Shown: positions 53,529-64,000 of the stretch, piece by piece | How the letters are laid out: the number at the start of each line of letters is the position of its first letter | Numbering within the stretch: position 1 is the first letter of the stretch | NCBI GenBank assembly: GCA_012295275.1 | Contig: CM022671.1 | Location: forward strand, 9,362,001 to 9,426,000 | DNA: 64,000 nucleotides | Direction of reading: 5' to 3' | DNA from: Chrysomallon squamiferum | Lineage: Eukaryota > Animalia > Mollusca | Notes under the pieces: generated by a model | What the model saw: only the letters and a program-made list of their open reading frames with translations | What the model was told of the DNA's origin: nothing | Databases searched by the model: none | Program-made: the position numbers and the translations under genes

Positions 53529-56372
53529 TTTCTATGCATATGCATACAGTTGTCACCTATCTATGCATATATCTCTATATGTATGTCTAGCTACACAATT
53601 TCTCAGTCTAATTACATAAGTCTATCAGTCTATCTCTCAGCCTGGCACACAAACACACATTTCAGAAAGAAGAATACACAGAATAGACAGACAGACATTC
53701 TCATGTTTATTAAATTCATCTACATCTATCAATTCATTTTTAACTTCTACTGACTAACTGTCTATTAGACACTCTTTACCTGTTAACCTCCCATCAGACA
53801 GTCAGTCTCACATCTCTGTCAATCACCTCCCCATTTCTTCAAATGGTTGCTCTCAAAGTTAACAGCTAATATTCTTTATGAAAACAACATTAAGCTGGAA
53901 CCTGCTTGTTGTCTATCTATAAATATCATTGTTCCACATATTTTTATTTCTTCTCCATTAATTTGTAATGTAGAATCACACAGTGCTTTGGCACTGTCAT
54001 TAGACATGACAGTGGAAGTCTTTTGTTCCATTCCATAATAACCAAGAATCATCCACTGTTAACTATTGGAGAATAATCAATCAACACTGATGTGTACTGT
54101 GAACATTTTTTTCTGGAAACTGCTTTGGAAACAAAAATCCAACTTTTGTGAATAATAATTGCTCCATATCAGTAGATACTTCATCAATTTAAAGTAACCT
54201 TTATATTCTTCTTCATATTCTTCTAACTGAAGCTGATTCCATAATCATGTCTTTCCTGTAGATACAATAATAAGATTTGATAGAATAATTATTTAGAAGT
54301 ATTTTTCCATTGTGTTTAATTGTCTATAATGTTAGAAAGAAATTATTATAAATAAAATTATCTGTCTCTTATTGTAATAGGTTTAAATAATAAATAACAA
54401 ATAATTTAAACAAAATATAGATCTATAAAAAAAAGTATCACTACAAATTGTAAATCTTACATTCTGGTCAACTTAAAAAAGAAAATTGTCTTTTATATCT
54501 AAATTCATCAAAATAAGTGAAAATATTTCTTCATGATGGATTTTCTAATACTAAACAAGAAGAATGCATTGAGGAACATTTAAATTTAATTTTTTTTTTT
54601 TTTATTGTAAAACTGATATCAAGCAATGAATGTGTCAAGGCAATCATTCAAATAACACGTGATCAATTTGCTTTTTATATGTAAATACCACCTCATGTAT
54701 TGAAAATGGAAATAAATATTAAAATGAAAAATTATAATGGTTTCAACTATTGTTTTTTTTAACTATGTACTCAGAGCTGAACTTTTTATGATTTTCCCTG
54801 ATAAGGGTGGTTGTTCATATTACAAAACCGTGATCTCCTGTGCCTTTCCTAACTACTTTTTCAACTAAAATAAATAAATAAAATTAATGAAAAACATTAA
54901 ATGAAATAGGTAATTTAAAATAATTCAATAAATAATATTAACACATCAAAATAAACCAAAAATAAAGGAAACTGGTTATTTAAAAGTCAAAGATAATGCA
55001 GGTATTGCTAATAAGCTGGTTCTGTCTGCTAAAAACATTATACAAAATTAGTTCTTTTCATCTAAAAGCACCAAATCTAATTTACCGTCATCTCGCATAT
55101 GCGAGGTGTAATCTATTTCAGAAGTTCATTTAACATGTAGGTAAATATGCCAAAAAGACTCAGTATTGAGTAAAATTTAAAAAAAAAGTAAAAAAAAAAG
55201 AAAGAAAAACGAAACCACGCAGAAACATTTTTTTTGTTGTTGTTTTGTTTCAATAAATGAGAAAGACTAAGAAGAGATGAAAGATTACTTGTAATATCTT
55301 AAGTCTCCTGAATATGGATCATTCACTGAATTTACTAAATTCACTAAAGTGATTTTATTTAAATCTATATATTATTTTTTATTTCTATTTAATGTAACTG
55401 TTTTTTTTTTTATAATAAATATGTGTGTGAAATAATCATTTTATTTCCTTTCTTAATTTTTCTTTTTTGCTTGTTTCAGTATTCTTTCTTAATTATTATT
55501 TTATTTATCATCTTAAGTAGTATTATTGCAATTACTGTTGTTCTTTTTTTTGTTAATGTCATGTCAGATATTATTACTGTCGCCATTATAAAGAAAGAAA
55601 CAATTACCAACAGATAGATAGGTAAACACACATACGCACACACACACACACACACTTAGAAAAGAAAGAGTTTGGTATTCATGTTTGCCTTAGAGCACTG
55701 GTTTTCAACCTTATGAGCAACTCAATATGACTGATGACCCCCTTTAACATTTTTGATTCAATAATATATAGGGTTACGATATTTTCATCAATCAAAGACA
55801 GTACAAAAGGAATCTAAATAATACAGAGATAGATACACTGAAGATAACTAGGGATGGATTTAGAGATAGACAGACATTTTACATGAACTTGTAAGAAAGT
55901 GTTTGTACATGCGTTAATATATCATCAAATAAAACTCGCTTTTCACATCTTTTCTTTTATTGGTCATTTTAATTACTCAGTTCACTTTTGTCCTTTTTTT
56001 TCTTTTATCTATGTCTGTCTGTCTATCTATTGATCTATCTATCTATCTGTCTGTCTGTCTGTTTATCTATCCACCTACCTATCTACCTCTCAGAATGTAG
56101 TAATAAGTACAGGGGTCACTGTAACTATAATTTCAGTAATTTTTGTTATAAACACTGCAAACAATATTGATAATAAAGAAGCGATGATATTTTACCTCAC
56201 TTCGAGAGGTTCAATGTATGCTGAAAATACAGAAGCATCTTCGAGATTAATATTAATAAATTTATTTATTTATTTATTTGTCTTAATATATCCTCTCACC
56301 TCTCAATTCTACTATCTTAACAATAATAATAATAATAATAATAATAACAATAACAAAAGCAATAACAATATC

Positions 56373-56413
<41 letters not shown>

Positions 56414-56802
56414 TAATAATAATAATATTTCTCTGTACAGAAGACAGCAGGTAGAGATCTAGGGTGTGGTGTGTTAACATATTTGTGTGATAAGAAAATA
56501 TCACAACTGTTCTTTTACTCCTCTACCATATAACACTTTCCTTTTTTATTTTTTTCTCTCACATACTGTCTGAAATAAAAAATAAACAGTTACCAAGTAA
56601 AATTTCTCAAACAGTCATAGAATTTTATGGTATTTTAAAAGAATGAGAAAGAGAGACAAAGTGAGAAAGATATAATGAGACAGAGTGAAAAATAAGGAAG
56701 ATGATCAAAGAGAAAGATAGAAAAAAACAAGTGAAACAGAAAACATACAAAAAAACCCCAACAACATTCAACAAAATAAAATAAAATATCAGTGAAATAT
56801 TG

Positions 56803-56847
<45 letters not shown>

Positions 56848-57633
56848 ATTTTTACACACATGCTCTTATGGTTAATCTTTAAACTAACTCAGAGATAACA
56901 TCCTGGCCTTAAATCAATAATAACTGACATTACCAAAAACACTTCTTATTAAAAACACTTCAATGAAAACAACAAAGATAAAGATCACACAAATCTAATA
57001 AAATATGATTTCCTTTATAAACTTTGGTCTGTGTATTTTATCAGCACATAATTATCAGTATCAGTGTGTGTGAATTAACAGAATATTTTATGATGTTATC
57101 CTGTGTATCAGAAAAGGTTGAATAGAGTATTTAAAAAATCATACAAACAGGATGGTAGAAAGTATCATTTTCTATATCAGAACACTGGATAGAGGCAACA
57201 ATCATCAATTAAGCTGTATAGTTGAAATTATCATTCTTTGTATCAGAAAATGTTCTACAGAGCATTTCAAAAATCATTTTCTATGAAGTAGAATTGACAT
57301 TCATTCATTCATTTGTATAGTTTGTAAAAACAATGGTTATCAAAAATTTCAGTTATTTAAAGATAAGCTTTCATCCCTGTCCATTTCACAAAAAGAACTG
57401 ACATAATTTGATAAGCACATGATACCAATACACATAATTACAAATGAAATAATATATTTTTTAAGTTTTAATATTTTTTTATCTGTTACCATTATATATA
57501 TATATTTTTTTTTTTGTTATATGTGAGCCTTTCAATACGCATCAAGGCAAAAACAAACTACTTTGTTTATACACTTTATGAACAGGGAAAGACACTGAAT
57601 GGAAGAAAGAAAGTGAAAAAGATAATCAGAGAG

Positions 57634-59114
57634 GCCAAATATTTTAGCCTAGATAACAATAAACACATTTGTTTAATTATTCATAATAATCATGGTTAGT
57701 GTTAAAGAACAATGTTACAGTTGGGAGAAATATTTACAGAAAAGTTTGCTGAAACAGATATTTAAAGACTATATGTTTGCATATATATAGATAGACATAG
57801 ATAGATATTTAAACAGACTAAGTTACATAAAGTCACAGACTTACAGACAGACAGAAAGTTAGAAAGACAGACAAATATAAAATAAAAGAATTCAGAGGTA
57901 CATAGATGTATTTATTTAGTAACATTATTTAGAGACTGGTAGACATTGGGTAGAGAGGTAGTTTGATAATGAAGACCATCAGACAGACAGACATGTTAGT
58001 GTAGACATAAACTGGTAAATAGATATTTAGTTACCAGAACTAGGCAGATGTAACGCACACACACACACACATTAAAAAAGAGTAAGAGAAGCTGACAGAT
58101 TGGGAGTAGTAGGTAAATCAAATGACATTTATATATAATTAATCAAACTCTGATGATTTAACTGGAATACCTCTCCTCTGTTGTAGTAATCTATAGCGTT
58201 GTCTACACATACAGAATTAGACATCAGCATCCATGCTATTCCACCGTTTGACCATGTCACTGGATCCTGGCAAATAAAAGCAGTGGTAGTAGTAGTTTTA
58301 GTAGTAGCAGGAGAGGAGGGGCAGGAACAGCAGTTGTAACAGCAACAGAAGCAACAGTAGTATTTGTAATAGTAGTAATAATAATAACAATAACACATTA
58401 TAATAAGACTAATAATGATAATAATAAAAACAACAGTAATATTAATAATAATTGTAATAAGACCAATATATAAAATAATAATAATCATAATAAGATATTA
58501 CATTATATTAATAATAAAAAAGTACAAGTATCATAATAATACAAAATAAGAATATTACTAACAATAAAATTCACAATTAAATAACAGAATTCAAAAAAAG
58601 AAGAAGGAAAGAATATACAACAATATTGCCACTTTAATTTATTAACAACCAAGAATTATAAAAAAACAAAACAAGAACAAACAATAGAATTAAAATATTT
58701 ATCTCTGAATTTTTCTCACTAAAATAGACATTTAATCCAAAAAATAAAAAATAAAAAATATAGAGAAAAGTATCTTCACCTTCATAATAACTACTTCCTC
58801 TACAGTGCAGTCTGCCTCCATGTTAAAGAGAGATTCTAGTTTCTGAATACTTGCATTGCCAGACAGGTTGAATGCATACACAGCCCTTGCACGATGATCA
58901 GCTAGCTGGGGTGAAAGTGTGATTTTAACAACTGTTTACATGTGAGAAAGAAATATATTGTTCTTTACATTAAAAAGAAAGGAAAGTTTTAGAAATCAAT
59001 GTAAAAGTTCAAATTAAAACTGGATGTAAAAGTTGATATATACAGACAGAATAACTCCTTAGAGTCAAAATTTTATATACTTTCATCACTTTCTGTTCTC
59101 TTCTATATTATTAT

Positions 59115-59182
<68 letters not shown>

Positions 59183-60513
59183 TGAAGACAGAAAAGCTTC
59201 AAGTGAGAGAGACAACCAGATATAAATATTCATAAATAAGCAGAATGTGATGTTTATTATTATAGATAGATATATAGAAAGGTAGATAGATAGCTGTGAA
59301 CTGTTATCACTACACTACTACATACTATATAATCACTCACCATGACCTTTCAACATGGCTGCAATGTCAAGGACATCACCTAGTGACAGTGTCAGAAGTT
59401 GACCGTTTCCTTTATCTGTGAGAATCGCTGGACAATGCATCATATTACCCAGCATTCCTAGAGGAAGAAAAACAAATAAATAAATGATATGACAAATTTT
59501 AATAAATGTGAATCATATAAATGTTAAAAATAAAAAATAACTATAACTGTTTACCAGGATGTTCTCCAAGTTCTGTCAGCTTAATCAGGAAGCTGTCTGC
59601 AACTGAAGGGAGGCAACTAAAAGATAATTCAGTTTTCTCCCCTGACTTCTAGACAGTGAGACCTTAAAATTAATTAAATTTATATAAATAATTTAAAAAG
59701 AAACAACTTAACAACAGCATTAACAATAATACACCCTTTTATTTACTATTCTGTTTTCTTATTTTTACCACTGGATTAACTTAGGTTAGAGTTAGGATTA
59801 GGATTAGGGTTAGGTCTAGTGTTAGGTTAGGACAAGGGTAAGGGTTAGGTTTAGCCTGTTTATTTATTTATGTATTACTTTTATTGTTCTTTGTTTTAAA
59901 ATGAATTTATTTATTATCAATAGCAGCAGCCAACTTTGTGAAAAGTTCATCCATTTCATTTTATTTTAAGTTTTTCTTCAGGTTGTTAAGATACAATGTT
60001 GTCAAAGGTGATGACTTTCCAACATCTGATAACAGTGACAACAGACCCTCCTTCCCAGATAGGAAAAAAATATTAATATTATCGTTACTGATACATATAT
60101 ACACACACACACTATTTTCTGAGTACCAAAATTGCTGTTACAAACACTATTATTTGAGTAGTAGGAATTATCACTGTTGCCGATACACTCACACACACAT
60201 TATCTGAGTTATATCAATTATCACTATTGCTGATACAAACACACACACACACTATTATCTGAGTTATATCAATTATCACTATTGCTGATACACACACACA
60301 CACACACACTATTATCTGAGTTATAGCAATTATCAATATTGCTGATACACTCATACAAACACACTATTATCTCAGCTATAGCAATTATTACTGTTGCTGA
60401 TACACACTATTATCTGAGTAGTAGCAATTATCACTGTTGCAGTTAAACTCATACACACACACATACACCCTATTATCTGAGTACTAGCAATTATCACTTC
60501 TGTCAATACATTC

Positions 60514-60545
<32 letters not shown>

Positions 60546-62572
60546 TATCTGAGTAGTAGCAATTATCACTGTTACTAATACACACACATTCAGTCTTATC
60601 TGAGTAGCAATTATCAATGTTGCTGTTAAACACACACACAAACACACACACACTGTTATCTCAGTATTAGCAATTAGAAATAATCTATATTCCTGAAACT
60701 CTCACACACACTCACACACATATTATTATCTGAGTAGTAGCAATTATAACTTCTGCCGATACAATCAACACACACACAAACACTATTATCCGAGTAGTAG
60801 GAATTATCACTGTTGCTGATACACTCACACACACACTATTATCTGAGTTATAGTAATTATCAATATTGCTGATACACTCATATACACACACTATTATCTG
60901 AGTAGTAGCAATTATCTCTGTTGCTGATACACACACACTATTATATGATACATGTACACACACACTATTATCTCAGCTATAGCAATTATCACTATTGCTG
61001 ATACACTCAAATACACACTATTATTATTGCTCATACATTCACACACACAAACACACCCACTATTATCTCAGTAGTAGGAATTATCACTGTTGCTGATACA
61101 CACACACTATTATCAGAGTAGTAGAAATTATCTTTATTGTGGAAACACTCACATGCACGAACACACATATTATTATCTGAGAAGTAGCAATTATCTGTTA
61201 GTGATACATACACACACACACAAACTATTATCTGAGTAGCAAGTATCACTGTTGCTGTTAAACTCACACACTCAAACACACACACACTATGATCTGAGAA
61301 GTAGCAACTAGGACTGTTGCTGATACACACACACACACACTATCATGTTATTAGTAGCAATTGTCTCTATTGCTGATAGTCACACATACACACACACACA
61401 CACACACACGCTATTATCTTGGTACTAGCAATTATCACTGTTGCTGATACACTCAAACTCACACACAAACACACTATTATCTGAGCAGTAGCAATAATCT
61501 CTGTTGCTGATACACACACACACACTATTATCGGAGTAGTAGCAATTATCACTATTGCTGATACAACTAACTCACACACACACACACAATTATCAGAGTA
61601 GTAGCAATTATCACTATTGCTAATACAACACACACACACACACACTATTATCAGAGTAATAGCAATTATCTTTATTGCTTACACACTCATACATAATCAC
61701 AAACATACACATACAAACACACATTATTATCTGAGTCATTGCAATTATCTCTATTCCTGATACACTCTCACACATACTCATAAACACACACAAACAAACA
61801 CAGAGACTATTATCAGAGCAATTATCACTATTGCTGATGCACACACACTCACTCACTCTCAGGAATATAAATATGTGTAAGGCTAAAATTACAAAATTAA
61901 TTATAAAAGTCTGAAAGAGACTCAGAGACAGAGAACATGAGAATATGAGGAAAAAAAAAAAAAAAATTGACACAAGCAGTTTATATATATTTAAATACTT
62001 AATAACAAATACATAATAATTAATACAATATCTAACCCCCCAAAAATATTTATATGCATTAAAAACATCTACATAAAATTATTTCATTATATAAAGTTTA
62101 CTTTAATATTCTTAGCATATGGTTTAACTAAACTGTCTATGTCAGATACAGAAAGATAAGGATTATATATAGAATAATGATTCAAATATTACAAAAATTT
62201 ATAAAATTTAAAAAACAATTACCTGAAGTAAGTTTAACTAAATCGTCAATGACAGATACAGAAAGATCAGGAGAATTTACAATGTCCACATCTTTCAAAG
62301 AAAGGAGTTTTCCATGGAAACATTCTACCAGAAACTCAAACATCTGGTTGGTTAAACAACTGGAATTCAGACTTGTGACTGATTATGGATCTCAAATATC
62401 TGAAATAAATGAAAAACAACTATTAAGAAACTTTGCCACTGTATTTTAACTATCAGGAGAAAAAGAAAACAGAAATAGAAAAAATATAATAATCTGAAAT
62501 TTGTTTAATCTAGATAGTTACATAATGAAATACACAAGTTTGTGTATATAACATATAATACGTGTGTGTAAG

Positions 62573-62632
<60 letters not shown>

Positions 62633-62808
62633 ATGAGATATTATAATATATATATTTTACAAATCTAAATTAACCATCAACAGTAAGTGTTTGGTTGTTA
62701 ACTTTTGCATCATTCAGATGAAAAGCTGTCATCTTTCGATGACTGAAAACAGCAGACAAAAACTGAGCTACAAGATTAAGTGATCCCAGCTGAAAATAAA
62801 AACAAATG

Positions 62809-62846
<38 letters not shown>

Positions 62847-63640
62847 TCACAATGTGTAGAATCTACATTAGCAGAAACTAATTTAATGTCAGTGATTAAA
62901 ATAAGCATAGGGTGTACAAAAATGAGCTAATTAATTCTGATTGGCTGATCTCTCTCTGAAGATTGGTTGGTTAATGATTCTGTGGTTTCATTGGTTAATC
63001 TCTATCTGTAGTCTGATTGGTTAATCAGGCTGAATTCTAATTGACTAGTTACTGACACACCCACCTCATTGCTGCTGATATTGAGTTCAGTGAGAAAAGA
63101 ATTTTCTGTGACTGCAGTACACAAATCTTTAGACCAACATCACTCATATTACACTGACTGACACATACTGACAATAACACACACCTTGTCAGTAAGAATA
63201 AATAATGAAATTAATCTAATATTATACATACATAGAAAAAGATAGATGCTGACCAACTATACAGGCATATACCCATGTAAGGACACACACATCCGCACAC
63301 ACACAATTTCACATTTTCATTAACTCACACACACACAGAGAGATAGATGTATTCTGTTAATACAAATGCTGTTTATGTTGTTGTTATTAGAACTAATGTA
63401 ATTGTTTATCATCAAGTACTACAACCACATTTCACCAATATTTACTATTGCATGTTTCATGTGAACAGTAAATTGTTTATGTTGTGAAACTTCCTCTCAC
63501 CTTTAAAGCAGCAGCCAGTCCTTTAGTGAGAGCAGTTTGATCAGATAATCTATTACTAGACAGATCTAGTTCTGTGAGTCCAGTGTTTTCCACTAGAGTC
63601 GGTGATATAAGTTTCATATCAGTGGAGCCTACACACAGCT
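57634..63640 (-). pseudogene. Decayed multi-exon gene: RI/NLR-type LRRs followed by an RRM domain (5' part beyond the window)
   Basis: Exons 63501-63640 (LVENTGLTELDLSSNRLSD), 63065-63184 (NSFLTELNISSNE, frameshift), 62703-62789, 62223-62399, ~59880-60060 (LTTLYLNNL, TAA at 59961, no AG acceptor), 59555-59662 (TAG at 59649), 59341-59457, 58780-58931, 58171-58266 and 57634-57648. The RRM reads AVYAFNLSGNASIQKLESLFNMEADCTVEEVVIMK|DPVTWSNGGIAWMLMSNSVCVDNAIDYYNRGE|AKIFG. Confidence 0.78.
60080..61950. repeat. Long intronic array of ~45-60-bp units with variable (CA)n spacers plus conserved tail
   Basis: Roughly 30 copies of ctattatctgagtagtagcaattatcactattgctgatacac; the tail at 61857-61950 matches 47113-47200. 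Confidence 0.95.
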
Positions 63641-63903
63641 CTGAAAATAAATAAATAAATAAATAAATAGATAAATAAATGTAATATCACAGTAGATATC
63701 AGTAGCTCTGAAATTATAGAGAAATACACATTTATATTAATAAAACCAATATAAATAAATAAATAAATAAATAAGAAAGTTTATATATTTAAAAAATATA
63801 TAAAGAAAAAGTGAGAATTTTGGGTATGTGCTAATGTTTCATAGAGGAGAAAGAGAAAGTGAAAGACAGTAAGAGAGAGAGCAATAAAGAGAAAGAGTAG
63901 CAG

Positions 63904-63954
<51 letters not shown>

Positions 63955-64000
63955 GAAATAGTGGCAGATAAAAGTTAATAAAATGACATAATTAAAAAAA

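Noticed and set aside
55696-55745. cactggttttcaacctt...gacccc, hAT-like terminus
   Set aside because: Single short degenerate end with no partner TIR or TSD
60002-61973. CRISPR-like look (conserved repeat with variable spacers) and many Cys/Val-rich ORFs
   Set aside because: Spacers are only (CA)n of varying length, repeats are degenerate, no cas genes, eukaryotic intron
59880-62399. Idea that in-frame stops reflect recoding or a variant genetic code
   Set aside because: All three stop types occur alongside frameshifts and lost splice sites, and MON2 and the dispanin gene read cleanly in the standard code
62177-62449. 90-aa plus-strand ORF
   Set aside because: Antisense shadow of a minus-strand exon of the LRR-RRM pseudogene

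Overview
AT-rich, microsatellite-dense eukaryotic DNA from an invertebrate (probably a mollusc or other lophotrochozoan; this is inference). All calls come from manual translation and motif recall, not database searches. Contents: (1) the 5' part of an intact MON2 gene on the minus strand (1..8559; 15 exons, about 631 codons in the window, one GC-AG intron); (2) a duplicated tRNA-Gly(GCC) cassette with two damaged tandem copies at about 13 kb and one intact inverted copy at 32.9 kb; (3) a small two-exon CD225/dispanin-family membrane protein gene (+, 20404..24253); (4) a transposon and satellite patchwork from 28 to 47 kb: nested Tigger/pogo-type elements, a hAT MITE with a perfect 8-bp TSD, two decayed intron-containing Sola-type transposase remnants, 31/42/123-bp tandem arrays and a perfect 41-bp palindrome; (5) a decayed multi-exon minus-strand gene joining RI/NLR-type leucine-rich repeats to an RRM domain (57.6-63.6 kb, continuing beyond the window). 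Most ORFs in the supplied track, including the 653/659-aa ones, are repeat artefacts. I found no convincing complete novel system; the LRR-RRM architecture, the spliced Sola transposase and the dispanin with a lumenal tail are the best leads.
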